From a virus: a stretch of 64,000 bases of DNA. Under the pieces are notes generated by a model. The model had not been told where the DNA came from. It worked only from the letters and a program-made list of their open reading frames with translations, and did not search any database. How positions within the stretch are numbered: position 1 is the first letter of the stretch; each line of letters opens with the position of its first letter. Below, piece after piece: positions 38,395 through 48,228 of this stretch. The position numbers and the translations under genes are program-made. The stretch lies in the IMG/VR virus record IMGVR_UViG_3300032315_000747, positions 1 to 64,000 of that record; one strand, written 5' to 3'.

Positions 38395-39958
38395 TGTCAT
38401 CGTACTGTTAGTTGCCCTGTTTATTTCCGCAATTAGTGCTTTCTATTCCATCACTGGTTTGGCCGTTATCTTTTCGGCAGCAGCAGTGCCAGTGATGGTT
38501 ATGGGAAGTGCATTAGAATTAGGTAAAATCACGGCGGTAGTATGGCTTCACAAATACTGGGCAAAAGCTGGATGGGTGTTAAAGGCGTATCTAGTGCTGG
38601 CAGTCGCGTCATTGATGTTGATCACTTCTATGGGGACCTATGGATATTTGGCAAAAGCTCATAGTGACCAGACTCTAGTAAGCGGAGATGCTGCTGCTAA
38701 GATTGATCTAGTTGACGAAAAGATCAAGATTTCGCGCGAAAACATTGCCATGAACCAAAAGGCTCTTGAGCAAATGAACAGTCAGGTTGATCAGTTGTTG
38801 GGTAGAACCGACGATGACAGAGGAGCTAATCGTGCGATTCAGGTTCGTAGGCAACAAGCCACAGAACGCAATCGATTAACACAAGAGATAGAAGCCGAAC
38901 AAGCTGAAATAGCAAAACTTAACGAAGAAGTTGCGCCCATTCGTGCCGAGATTCGTAAAGTTGAGGCTGAAGTAGGTCCCATCAAGTACATCGCCGCAAT
39001 GATATACGGTGATGACCCAGATACTAATTTATTAGAACGCGCGGTACGTTGGGTTATCATTCTTCTCGTACTAGTGTTTGATCCTCTTGCACTTGCTCTT
39101 ATGGTAGCTGCACAGAGCAGCTATAAATGGTTAAATGAAGATTTAGCAAAAAAACAAAACGAAGACAAATCTACAGATAGTATAGAAGTTGTGCCATCTG
39201 CTGAACAGCCTAAACCTAAAGTTCGAGAAGATATCGCACCGAAGGAAGAAAAAGCTGAATCAATAGAGCATGACCTCCCGAAAACAACGGAGATAAAATT
39301 AATACCAGAGCCAGTATTAATGATAAATGATATTTTCCCTTATACAGAGGATGTATACAATGATGCTACTAGACCTATACCAGAGCGCAATGAAGCAATA
39401 CCTGCTGAATTCAATGAATCAGATAGAGAAGAGCCTGACGAAGCATCTTTGGCCGTCTCAGATAAAGATGTGGAACGATTGGGTGATTCTAAAAACGAAA
39501 CTGAAAAACGACATAAAATAGTAGAACCCAACATCAAGACTGAAGGAGTAACTCTGCGGTCTACCGGCGGAGACTATGTAGAATATGATGGAAAATCTAT
39601 GAGTACAGCCGCACTAAAGACGATGCGTCCTGATTTATTTGTCATTGTCGCGGATGAGGACCAGCCTATCAGCACTAATTTTGGAACGCAGTTTCCTAAG
39701 ATTGCACAAAAAGGCGACGTGTTTGTGCGGGTAGACATGTTGCCGAATCGTGTTTATAAATTTGATAGCTATAAATGGATAGAGATTAACAAAGAACAAT
39801 CTGATTCTTATTTGTATGATGATGCTTATATAGGACATCTTATTGCCCAAATCGAACGGGGCGAATACGATGTTGATTTGCTTACCGAAAACGAAAAGGT
39901 ACAAATAGAAGAATACATCGAAAAAAATACCCAGACAGTTTCGGTCGTCAAAGAGTAA
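38384..39958 (+). CDS. Membrane protein with four TM segments, long coiled coil and acidic C-terminal region
   Basis: N-terminal TMs with LELGK, coiled coil, EVGPIKYIA, VFDPLA TM. Confidence 0.8.
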   Translation: MIFNVIVLLVALFISAISAFYSITGLAVIFSAAAVPVMVMGSALELGKITAVVWLHKYWAKAGWVLKAYLVLAVASLMLITSMGTYGYLAKAHSDQTLVSGDAAAKIDLVDEKIKISRENIAMNQKALEQMNSQVDQLLGRTDDDRGANRAIQVRRQQATERNRLTQEIEAEQAEIAKLNEEVAPIRAEIRKVEAEVGPIKYIAAMIYGDDPDTNLLERAVRWVIILLVLVFDPLALALMVAAQSSYKWLNEDLAKKQNEDKSTDSIEVVPSAEQPKPKVREDIAPKEEKAESIEHDLPKTTEIKLIPEPVLMINDIFPYTEDVYNDATRPIPERNEAIPAEFNESDREEPDEASLAVSDKDVERLGDSKNETEKRHKIVEPNIKTEGVTLRSTGGDYVEYDGKSMSTAALKTMRPDLFVIVADEDQPISTNFGTQFPKIAQKGDVFVRVDMLPNRVYKFDSYKWIEINKEQSDSYLYDDAYIGHLIAQIERGEYDVDLLTENEKVQIEEYIEKNTQTVSVVKE

Positions 39959-39962
39959 AATA

Positions 39963-41174
39963 ATGCCAGATAAACTTCAGTATTGTTCTTTCTGCGGAAC
40001 GCACAAAGACAACGTGACTAAATTGATCGTGGGCGATGACGCGGCTATATGCAGCGATTGCATCGCATTGTGTAACCAACTTGTTGTCAACGAGCAAACA
40101 GAGGAACCAGTAGCCGCTGAACCTGAAAGCTTTGATGCGTATAGTATTAAGAAACACTTAGATCAACATGTTATTGGGCAAGACTCTGCTAAAGAAGTGT
40201 TGGCAGTCGCTATATCCAATCACTATAAAAGAATCACATATCCAACGTCGGATCTAGAGATTCGAAAAGGAAATGTATTACTTGTCGGTCCCACTGGATC
40301 CGGCAAGACCTTGATCGCCCGAGCAGTTGCGAAGTACCTAAGTGTTCCTTTCGTGGTTGCGGACGCGACGAGTTTAACCGAATCAGGGTATGTTGGCGAA
40401 GACGTAGAAAGTATGATCAGTATGCTATTGTCTATTGCTAATGGTGATGTTGCATTGGCAGAGAGAGGCATCGTCTTTATCGATGAGATTGACAAGGTGT
40501 CACGTAAAAGTGAAAACGCCTCTGTTACGCGCGATGTTAGTGGAGAAGGTGTTCAGCAAGCACTGCTCAAGATGATCGAAGGGACGGTATGCCGTGTGCC
40601 GGTAACCGGGAAACGCAAGAATCCACAAGGAGATATGATTGAGGTCGATACTAAAAACATTCTCTTTATTGCCGGCGGCGCCTTCACGGGCCTCGATCTT
40701 ATAATCAAAAATAGAATTCAGGGCGCCTCGATTGGATTCGTGCCAAATATAAAGACTAGGGACAAGAAAAGCAGTGCTATCACTCCAGATGATCTGATCA
40801 AATTTGGAATGATTCCTGAATTTATCGGCAGGTTCACTACGACTGTTGCATTGAACGAACTTACATTGGCCGAATTGATTTTGGTACTGACCTCAGTAAA
40901 AAACAATTTTATCGAGCAATTCGCGCATCTATTTAAGATAGACGATATTAAATTGTCCTTCACTGACGAAGCTGTATCACAGCTTGCGCAGCGTTGCATA
41001 GAGCTAAACGTCGGTGCACGGGGTCTTCATACTGAGATAGAGCGAGTATTGATGCCGGCGATGTTCCATGTTAGCAAGCTTAAAGAACACGGGGTCACTG
41101 AATTAATAATCACCGATGAACACATCAAGGATCCTAGTTTAACAGTAGCGAAGTATCTTTCACCTAAAAAATAA
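39963..41174 (+). CDS. clpX: ATP-dependent Clp protease ATPase subunit
   Basis: CSFC...C..C zinc domain, [35 protein letters not shown] loop, GARGL. Confidence 0.96.
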   Translation: MPDKLQYCSFCGTHKDNVTKLIVGDDAAICSDCIALCNQLVVNEQTEEPVAAEPESFDAYSIKKHLDQHVIGQDSAKEVLAVAISNHYKRITYPTSDLEIRKGNVLLVGPTGSGKTLIARAVAKYLSVPFVVADATSLTESGYVGEDVESMISMLLSIANGDVALAERGIVFIDEIDKVSRKSENASVTRDVSGEGVQQALLKMIEGTVCRVPVTGKRKNPQGDMIEVDTKNILFIAGGAFTGLDLIIKNRIQGASIGFVPNIKTRDKKSSAITPDDLIKFGMIPEFIGRFTTTVALNELTLAELILVLTSVKNNFIEQFAHLFKIDDIKLSFTDEAVSQLAQRCIELNVGARGLHTEIERVLMPAMFHVSKLKEHGVTELIITDEHIKDPSLTVAKYLSPKK

Positions 41175-41290
41175 TGCAGCGGATAACTTGACCCAAAATA
41201 TTTTACAACTACTGAAATTTCTTGTATAAATAACATTGTAGGGTGCTTTAACAGGCTCTATTGTCATTATTTGCTTAAAGGAGAAATAAT

Positions 41291-41761
41291 ATGACTAATT
41301 CACAACTAACTCTTCGTTCCCTCGACATTCCGTCGATTCATAAATTTGCTGTAGGATTCGATAACGTCTTTGACGAACTTTTACGAATCAATGCACAGAA
41401 TGCACAGCAAGCAAACGGATCAAATTATCCCCCATACAACGTAGTAAAACATGATGACGATCACTTCGCCATCGAACTTGCCGTGGCTGGTTTTAATGAC
41501 GGGGATATCTCTATCACAGTAGAGAAGAATCTTCTAACCATCAAGGGTGAGCAAACACAAAGTCTTGATGAGCTAGAGAAGGAAGTCGAATACCTGCATC
41601 GCGGTATTTCAGCCCGTAATTTCTCTCGCACATTCACTTTAGCGGAGCATGTCGAAGTAACAGGGGCAGCATCGGAGAACGGCATTCTCAAGATTGATCT
41701 TGAGCGTAAGGTTCCTGAAGAACAGAAGCCTCGCAAGATACCTATTACTTTCAACAAGTAA
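41291..41761 (+). CDS. Small heat-shock protein (IbpA/Hsp20)
   Basis: YPPYN, IELAVAGF, YLHRGI..R.F.R.F.L, NGIL.I.L. Confidence 0.95.
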   Translation: MTNSQLTLRSLDIPSIHKFAVGFDNVFDELLRINAQNAQQANGSNYPPYNVVKHDDDHFAIELAVAGFNDGDISITVEKNLLTIKGEQTQSLDELEKEVEYLHRGISARNFSRTFTLAEHVEVTGAASENGILKIDLERKVPEEQKPRKIPITFNK

Positions 41762-41879
41762 TATTTCAGACACCTGCGGACGACATCTTTATTTAGTCCA
41801 AAGTTGTTGCTTTCTGTAGAAAATAGTAGTATAAATAATAATATGCTTGATGTGCAAGCACATTTAAAGGAAGATAATA

Positions 41880-42188
41880 ATGTCAACGAATGCAGATACC
41901 CGTAGCAAGATCAAGCCTAATATTGCCTTGAAGGAGCCACCGCTTTTCAGGATCATCTACATCAATGATGAGGTGACTTCGATGGAATTTGTGGTCGGAT
42001 CACTGATAGACTATTTCAATTACAACCCAGATACTGCTAGTCAGATCACGTCTGAAATACATGAAAACGGCAGTGCAATCGTTGCTGTTCTACCTTATGA
42101 GATCGCAGAACAGCGCGGAATTGAAGTTACGCTTGATGCCCGTGCACAAGGATATCCGCTTCAGGTTAAGGTTGAAGCCGACAGCTAG
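41880..42188 (+). CDS. clpS: ClpS N-degron adaptor
   Basis: P..FRII.INDEVTSMEFVV, IHENG, YPLQV. Confidence 0.9.
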   Translation: MSTNADTRSKIKPNIALKEPPLFRIIYINDEVTSMEFVVGSLIDYFNYNPDTASQITSEIHENGSAIVAVLPYEIAEQRGIEVTLDARAQGYPLQVKVEADS

Positions 42189-42191
42189 TAC

Positions 42192-42226
42192 TTTGCGGCT
42201 CTGAATCTAAGACTCAGAGCCGCAAA
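42192..42226. terminator. Bidirectional terminator between convergent genes
   Basis: TTTGCGGCTCTGA-9 nt-TCAGAGCCGCAAA. Confidence 0.8.
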
Positions 42227-42261
42227 TTCTTATAGCAGTAGAATTTCTCTTTCATACTGAC

Positions 42262-42960
42262 TCAAACAGTCAATGTGATTCTTTTAGCCCAATAGGGATT
42301 CTTACTTAAATAAGGATTATTAACAAAATTGATATCATTGATATAGGTATCGACTGTTTTGCGGTAAGTACCAAATACCCAATGCGTGACTTTATGTTCA
42401 GTATCGCTACGTAGTACCTCTTTAAAAGGGATTTGTGCATTCTTTTGGTGAGGAGCCTCACCAAAATAAAGTTCTTCCTGCGGTACAGTATTCGATATCA
42501 CTATTATTTTTTTAACATCTAAGTGTTTTTGTAATTTTTCAATCGACTTGTGAAGATAGAACATATCTTCGTCTCTGGCTACCGTTCTTGCTGTTTCGCT
42601 AATCGTCGGTGTGATTCCTGAATCAGCCCATCCATTCGAGCCTAGTACGGCAATGCCATCAATGATAGCTACTTGTTGATGCAACAAACAGACATTAGGA
42701 ATACTACTTGCAATAACAATAAGTTCTTTTGTTTTAGTAGAAATATCGACGGCATCAGCATATTCGAGTTGTCCAGGAACATAGAACACGCCTTGGTAAA
42801 ATCTACTAAGATGAGATAGTGTTTGTATGATCGTTCGTGTATCAGAGCTAATATTGCCGGCTATGATACAATACAAACTAGTCGCCTTGTTTTCCCAATT
42901 AAAATGGTCATCGGGCGCAAGATGCAGGTCGCCTATTATGTCAAAGCCAATATCTTGCAT
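42262..42960 (-). CDS. Calcineurin-like metallophosphoesterase, degenerate active site
   Basis: GDLH intact, but GD is AGN, GNHE is GQLE, and the later His motifs are absent (SNT, FGT). Confidence 0.7.
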   Translation of the reverse strand: MQDIGFDIIGDLHLAPDDHFNWENKATSLYCIIAGNISSDTRTIIQTLSHLSRFYQGVFYVPGQLEYADAVDISTKTKELIVIASSIPNVCLLHQQVAIIDGIAVLGSNGWADSGITPTISETARTVARDEDMFYLHKSIEKLQKHLDVKKIIVISNTVPQEELYFGEAPHQKNAQIPFKEVLRSDTEHKVTHWVFGTYRKTVDTYINDINFVNNPYLSKNPYWAKRITLTV

Positions 42961-42970
42961 GAAATGTATT

Positions 42971-43165
42971 TTAGTCAGCTATGTTCAACTTTGGCTTGCG
43001 ACCGGTTGTTTTTTTACCTGTTGCTTTCTTAGTTTCTGTTTTTTCTCGTGAAGGTTCTACTTCTTCTGCTAGCGTAGTTTCGTTTGTTTCGATTACAGGT
43101 TCAACTTTTGTGGGAGCAACAGCAGCCGTAAATTTAGTTAGTAGCTTTTTCAAAAATAACATCAT
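42971..43165 (-). CDS. Small basic hypothetical protein
   Basis: AGGAG RBS; TATTTAT late motif at 43194. Confidence 0.6.
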   Translation of the reverse strand: MMLFLKKLLTKFTAAVAPTKVEPVIETNETTLAEEVEPSREKTETKKATGKKTTGRKPKLNIAD

Positions 43166-43228
43166 GAATCTCCTATTGCTGATGTTCTGTTAGTATTTAT
43201 GATTGTGCGATATTTGAATAAATACTTT

Positions 43229-44776
43229 ATGCGTGATCTTCTTGACAAAATTGAAACTCTAGCCGAAAGTACTGGCCTTGCTGGCCGAAAAGCCGGCGCT
43301 GTATTTCGCAATTCAGCCGGCGAAGAAATAATATTTGACAAAATCGAGTTCTTCCCAGAAAAAAGCGGAAGATATACTCCTGAACAATTAGATCATGTGT
43401 TGTTAGATATCAATAGTCAGACTGACCATAACATTCAATGGATGAATACTCGCACTATTAGAATGGGAGGATTTGCTCTCGCTACGTTCACTGGTCCAGA
43501 CGGTCCTGTGTATTTCGGTAGATATCTAGAACAGATCAAGCCAAATTTCACAGACAACTATGTTCCGAATTTAGTAGGAGACTATAAATTAGCTAGCAAA
43601 TCGGCTGAGAAGGCTCAAGCTGGCTTGAGCCCTCAGGATCTATTGACCAATAAGAGTGATTTGACTGCTAACGACATCCTTAAGCAATTGGCCGAGAAAT
43701 TGGGTACCGATAATCCATTATACGACGTTACATACCGATTAGTAGCAGGTGAACCCCTTCCGATGACGTTTAATGCACCTGATAATCTTAGCTTCTCTGC
43801 ATTTAGAGATTATTTCTGTGAGATATTGCAACCGATCGCATTGCAGATGGGGCAATACGAAGGTAATGCAGGAGAAGCTGCTGAAATTTTTCTGAATGGA
43901 AATTTTAAAAACACCCTTATCTCGTTTGATACTACTAAGACTGCTGGACTAAGCGATAGCATCATGACCAACGATGAAGGCAAGTCGATCAAGGTCAGTA
44001 CTAAAGGTGGCAAAGGAGCCACTGCAAGTACGACTAATCTAATCAACAGCGTTGACGAATTATCTCAGACTGAAGGGGGCAATAAATTACGTGAAAAATA
44101 TGCTGATACGATTGAGATCATACGCGAGATAAAGCGTCGAGGTCAGGCGCTCTCGCCTATCTATCTGGGTCTGAAGTTTGACATTATCGATGAAACAGAT
44201 GCTAGGATGATATTATCACTCAAGAATGATAGTCCTTTACCAATGAGTGAATTAGATAATCTCGGGTTATCTGACAATCTGCTAAAGCTAGCACAGACCA
44301 GAAAATCATTGGATAGAGCCAAAGTTAATTTTTACTATCTCTTGCTTGCTGCCGTAGCACATAAAGCAGCAGAGGAAGTCAACGAGAAAACTGATTTCAG
44401 CAAAGCTGCGGCAGACATACTCAATCAAGGGGCGTTGATTCAGGTTTATACTAAAGCTAAAGAGAGCAAAGGTCAATGGACTCTTGACGAATTCAACACA
44501 GTCTACCCAGGTGATAGTATCAAGGGTGTTTATCTTTCGGCAAGCAAGACATATTACAGTACAGGCATCAAGGGAAACTTTACGTTTAAGATCGACAGCG
44601 GCAAAGGCGTGGCCAAAGATGAACCTATTATAGATGCCGAGATAGGGAGAGAAAAGCGGATTCCCACTTCATCTGAGTTTACTAAAAAGGCAGCCGACAT
44701 CGCTCTTGGTAGAAACAAGCCAAAAGAGAAGCGCATGTCTTCTATGGGAAATGTTGGACGTTCATTACGAAAGTAA
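43229..44776 (+). CDS. Hypothetical late protein with MRDLLDKIE leader (possible PD-(D/E)xK-like fold)
   Basis: ATAAATA at 43218; E...LSDS...IKVSTK pattern. Confidence 0.65.
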   Translation: MRDLLDKIETLAESTGLAGRKAGAVFRNSAGEEIIFDKIEFFPEKSGRYTPEQLDHVLLDINSQTDHNIQWMNTRTIRMGGFALATFTGPDGPVYFGRYLEQIKPNFTDNYVPNLVGDYKLASKSAEKAQAGLSPQDLLTNKSDLTANDILKQLAEKLGTDNPLYDVTYRLVAGEPLPMTFNAPDNLSFSAFRDYFCEILQPIALQMGQYEGNAGEAAEIFLNGNFKNTLISFDTTKTAGLSDSIMTNDEGKSIKVSTKGGKGATASTTNLINSVDELSQTEGGNKLREKYADTIEIIREIKRRGQALSPIYLGLKFDIIDETDARMILSLKNDSPLPMSELDNLGLSDNLLKLAQTRKSLDRAKVNFYYLLLAAVAHKAAEEVNEKTDFSKAAADILNQGALIQVYTKAKESKGQWTLDEFNTVYPGDSIKGVYLSASKTYYSTGIKGNFTFKIDSGKGVAKDEPIIDAEIGREKRIPTSSEFTKKAADIALGRNKPKEKRMSSMGNVGRSLRK

Positions 44777-44861
44777 TAACACTTTTGTTTGTCCCAGAGT
44801 CATTGACATTGTGGTTGCGATATAGTAATATACACTTACATTAACAATGAAGGTAAAAAAA

Positions 44862-45446
44862 ATGTCTAACTTAGTACCAATGGTAATCGAACAGTCCAGT
44901 CGTGGCGAAAGAGTAATGGATATCTACAGTCGATTACTAAAGGACCGGGTGATTCTTCTAGAAGGGGAAGTCAATGATTATATGGCTAATCTCATCGTTG
45001 CACAATTGCTCTATCTTGAGTCGGAAAATCCCGCCGCCGACATCTCACTTTACATCAACAGCCCGGGTGGTTCAGTGACTGCTGGATTAGCGATTCTTGA
45101 TGCTATGCAATTTGTTAAGTCCGACATCTCCACTATCGCAATCGGAAGTGTCTGTTCAATGGGATCACTTCTAGCAAGTTCCGGCACCAAAGGAAAAAGA
45201 TTCATTCTTCCTAGGGCACGCCATATGGTGCATTCTGTGTCCGGTGGTTCTCGTGGCACGGTATGGGACGCCGAAATTCAAATGGAAGAAATGGTCCGAT
45301 TGAATAATCTTCTCACTGAGATTTATGCAACTAATACTGGCAAGACCGTCGAAGAACTTAAGATAGCTATGGCACGTGACAACTATATGGACGCTCAAGC
45401 ATCTGTCGAGTTTGGACTAGCGGACAAAGTTCTTATTTCTCGATAA
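44862..45446 (+). CDS. clpP: ATP-dependent Clp protease proteolytic subunit
   Basis: [29 protein letters not shown] (Ser), MVHS (His), RDNYM, FGL.D. Confidence 0.96.
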   Translation: MSNLVPMVIEQSSRGERVMDIYSRLLKDRVILLEGEVNDYMANLIVAQLLYLESENPAADISLYINSPGGSVTAGLAILDAMQFVKSDISTIAIGSVCSMGSLLASSGTKGKRFILPRARHMVHSVSGGSRGTVWDAEIQMEEMVRLNNLLTEIYATNTGKTVEELKIAMARDNYMDAQASVEFGLADKVLISR

Positions 45447-45574
45447 AAGTGATATACCCATTAGTGTTATTTCGAGAAAAAGAATTAGCTAAAGTCAGCA
45501 TTTCCTGAATTCTAATGGTTACTGATTTAGGAGTAACCTGAACCAAAATAATAATTATTTTGGCAAAAAAAAAG

Positions 45575-45613
45575 TTGACTTCGGCTATCCATTTTGCTAT
45601 ATTAAATTATAGA
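45575..45613 (+). promoter_or_regulatory. Early promoter cassette (repeat copy)
   Basis: TTGACTTCGGCTATCCATTTTGCTATATTAAATTATAGA. Confidence 0.8.
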
Positions 45614-45631
45614 CAGCAAGGAGACATTGAC

Positions 45632-45871
45632 ATGGAAGATATCAGCACTCTTATCGTTGACTTTCAGAATTATGCTAATTCGCTTCGTTCCGGATATCTT
45701 AAGCTTTGGAAGGCTACTGGTATCATTGAGACTCTGTGTGATGGTCGCATTCCTATCATTAATGATGAGGTTCGCCTTCTTTCCTATCTCAAGAACTGCC
45801 TTGAAATGGAAGGCTTCTATAGCACTGATATTGAGCTTATTATGGGTTGGCTTTACGAAAAAATTGCCTAA
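45632..45871 (+). CDS. Hypothetical early protein
   Basis: AAGGAG RBS, ATG 45632. Confidence 0.65.
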   Translation: MEDISTLIVDFQNYANSLRSGYLKLWKATGIIETLCDGRIPIINDEVRLLSYLKNCLEMEGFYSTDIELIMGWLYEKIA

Positions 45872-45885
45872 TGGTAGTTATTTGG

Positions 45886-45924
45886 TTGACTTCGGCTATT
45901 CATTTTGATATATTAAATTATAGG
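45886..45924 (+). promoter_or_regulatory. Early promoter cassette (repeat copy)
   Basis: TTGACTTCGGCTATTCATTTTGATATATTAAATTATAGG. Confidence 0.8.
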
Positions 45925-45960
45925 CAATGATCTCTTTCTCTTAGAGAAATAGGAAACACG

Positions 45961-46395
45961 ATGAACTACGAACTGACCGATGAAACCATCCAATACGATA
46001 GCAAAACGCTTTATCGCATTCGTGCGCTGGTAGATATGCCAATCCACAATGTGAAGGCTGGCGAACTTGGTGGTTTTGTCGAGAAGATCGAGAACCTTCA
46101 AGGGAATGCTTGGGTCTCTGACGATGCTAGGGTCTCTGACGATGCTAGGGTCTCTGACAATGCTAGGGTCTTTGGCTGGGCTTGGGTCTCTGACGATGCT
46201 AGGGTCTTTGGCAATGCTTGGGTCACTGGCGGTGCTTGGGTCACTGGCGGTGCTTGGGTCTTTGGCAATGCTCAGGTCTTTGACAATGCTAATGTCTCTG
46301 GCAATGCTCAGGTCTTTGACAATGCTATGGTCTTTGGCAATGCTAGGGTCTATGGCAGTGCTATGGTCTTTGGCAGTGATATGGTCACAAAATAA
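45961..46395 (+). CDS. Hexapeptide-repeat (left-handed beta-helix) protein
   Basis: LYRIRAL...GELGG N-terminus then repeats of [D/G]NA[RWQ]V[SF]. Confidence 0.85.
   Translation: MNYELTDETIQYDSKTLYRIRALVDMPIHNVKAGELGGFVEKIENLQGNAWVSDDARVSDDARVSDNARVFGWAWVSDDARVFGNAWVTGGAWVTGGAWVFGNAQVFDNANVSGNAQVFDNAMVFGNARVYGSAMVFGSDMVTK
46102..46390 (+). repeat. 18-bp coding tandem repeat
   Basis: About 16 degenerate copies of GGCAATGCTAGGGTCTTT-like units. Confidence 0.85.
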
Positions 46396-46460
46396 GTAGT
46401 TGCTTTATTCTCATAAAGAGCCTATATTGAATTATAGTATCAATTAAAGGAACTAACGAT

Positions 46461-46784
46461 ATGTCTCTGGATGTTTATCTGACTGCTGTTCGCCCCACAG
46501 AAGTGTACAGCCGTAATATCACGCATAATCTGAACAAGATGGCTATGGAAGCTGATATCTACATGGCTCTGTGGCGTCCCGAAGAAATCGGAGTCACTAC
46601 TGCTAAACAACTGATTCCTCTGCTGGAAACAGGACTGGAAGTCATGCAATCCGACCCCGAAAGGTTCAAGATGTTCAACCCCGAGAATGGTTGGGGTGAC
46701 TACGAGAACCTAGTAAACTTTGTGGAAACTTACCTGCAAGCTTGCAAGGAAAACCCTGATGCTGAAGTTAGGGCGTGTCGTTGA
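46461..46784 (+). CDS. Hypothetical phage protein
   Basis: MSLDVYL, NITHNL..MA, NPENGWG.Y, AC..NPDA. Confidence 0.8.
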   Translation: MSLDVYLTAVRPTEVYSRNITHNLNKMAMEADIYMALWRPEEIGVTTAKQLIPLLETGLEVMQSDPERFKMFNPENGWGDYENLVNFVETYLQACKENPDAEVRACR

Positions 46785-47106
46785 TGTCCCGCATAATTAA
46801 ATTTATCATTCGTAACGGTCTGAACGGTGGTTTGGTCGTTTCTATTCTAGCTTTGTTGATGGCGATCTGGTTCTCGGCAAGCACCCAATAAGTTTACCTT
46901 CTTGTTACCGACAGGACCAATCCCGCATGACCTTACTAGAAACCATTCTTACCGTGATGACTATTGCTATTCTTTTTGGCTTCTTTCATTGGGCTGATAG
47001 CCGCGGTCAAGATGAATCTCAGGACAAAGAATAATACTGTTGCCTTAAATAGGCGCGGCGTTGATATTTAACCTCTAAAAGTAATTCGCTCTTAGTTGAA
47101 AAATAG

Positions 47107-47679
47107 GTGACATCAGTTATGTTGAATATAGACCATCAAGCTGAGATGTGGGCGGTTCTTTGTGCTCCACCCGAGCAGTTCAATGAATTGATCGAGCTTT
47201 TCGATAATATGGAATTCAAGAAAAAGTTCAAAAGAACTTCGTTTGCTTGGAATACCATCGATCCAGATGAAGTGGTGCGCAAGTTTCGTATCGCATGTGT
47301 CGAATATGCTATGGTTATGGCGAGAAAAGTACAGCCAACACCTACACCTGATTACTGGCAAACGGTAGAAGATTCCTGTCGACAGGTTATCGATGCCTTG
47401 AATGGTAATGGTGATTTGGTTGCTGCTCGTGCTGCTGCTGATGCTGCTGATGCTGCTGCTGCTTATGCTGCTGATGCTGCTGCTGCTTATGCTGCTGCTG
47501 CTTATGCTGCTGATGCTGCTGCTTATGCTGCTGCTGATGCTGCTGCTGCTGCTCGTGCTGCTTATGCTGCTGCTGCTTATGCTGCTGATGCTGCTGCTGC
47601 TGCTCGTGCTGCTGCCGAAGCTGACCTATCTGAAATCTTTATCAACATTATTTTGTCCGAATATGAAAATAAAGATTGA
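47107..47679 (+). CDS. Hypothetical protein with Ala-rich repeat tract
   Basis: AAAAYAADAAA tract encoded by GCT runs; start position uncertain. Confidence 0.7.
   Translation: MTSVMLNIDHQAEMWAVLCAPPEQFNELIELFDNMEFKKKFKRTSFAWNTIDPDEVVRKFRIACVEYAMVMARKVQPTPTPDYWQTVEDSCRQVIDALNGNGDLVAARAAADAADAAAAYAADAAAAYAAAAYAADAAAYAAADAAAAARAAYAAAAYAADAAAAARAAAEADLSEIFINIILSEYENKD
47421..47615 (+). repeat. (GCT)n-based coding microsatellite
   Basis: GCT runs interrupted by TAT, GAT and CGT. Confidence 0.85.
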
Positions 47680-47926
47680 CATCAATTACCCGTTTTGCTA
47701 TATTGAGTTATGGAAAAGCTTGAGCAACATCTGATCGCGCGAGGAATGGACCCGTCTTTGTACGGTCCGGCACTCGACGATGAAAACAGAGTAGCCACGT
47801 TCTACTAAACATGTCGAGCATCAATTGGGAATTTTTGATTGTATGGACCGTAATTATTCCTGGTTGTGGCACCATTTGGTACTGGGTAATTAAGACTATT
47901 TTGTCTGCGTGGTAAAGGAACGGAAC

Positions 47927-48142
47927 ATGTCAAAGAAATATAATAATCGTCACGGTGGTCCCTATGACCGTGGTTCTGCTGATAGCTACTACGGTCGGGG
48001 GCATAACCCTCATTACTATGTTGGGGCTACCCGCGCATCTGACAGGATCGATAGGGAAAATATGACCCCCGAAGAAATCGAAGCTTATACCGCGGGCTAC
48101 GAGGCTAATGAAGAAGCTGGCAATTTTAAAGATTGGAATTAA
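47927..48142 (+). CDS. Hypothetical early protein
   Basis: HGGPYDRGSADSYYGR...PHYY...YTAGY motif. Confidence 0.75.
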   Translation: MSKKYNNRHGGPYDRGSADSYYGRGHNPHYYVGATRASDRIDRENMTPEEIEAYTAGYEANEEAGNFKDWN

Positions 48143-48167
48143 AATTGTACCCGAGGTCATTTTTCGG

Positions 48168-48206
48168 TTGACTTCGGGTACCCATTTTGTTATATTGAAT
48201 CATAGA
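48168..48206 (+). promoter_or_regulatory. Early promoter cassette (repeat copy) with upstream inverted half-copy
   Basis: Near-identical to 9202..9240; GTACCCGAGGTCA at 48147-48159 is an inverted copy of 48169-48181. Confidence 0.8.
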
Positions 48207-48228
48207 GATTGAGCAAAGGAACTATCAA

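Noticed and set aside
46102-46390. Regular short repeats resembling a CRISPR array
   Set aside because: 18-bp in-frame units without unique spacers, encoding a hexapeptide beta-helix; no cas genes in the window
46067-46399. 110 aa ORF of MLGSLT repeats
   Set aside because: Alternate-frame shadow of the hexapeptide repeat gene
47402-47734. Poly-Leu/Met ORF that looks like a membrane protein
   Set aside because: Alternate-frame reading of the GCT tract; the Ala frame is continuous with a normal protein
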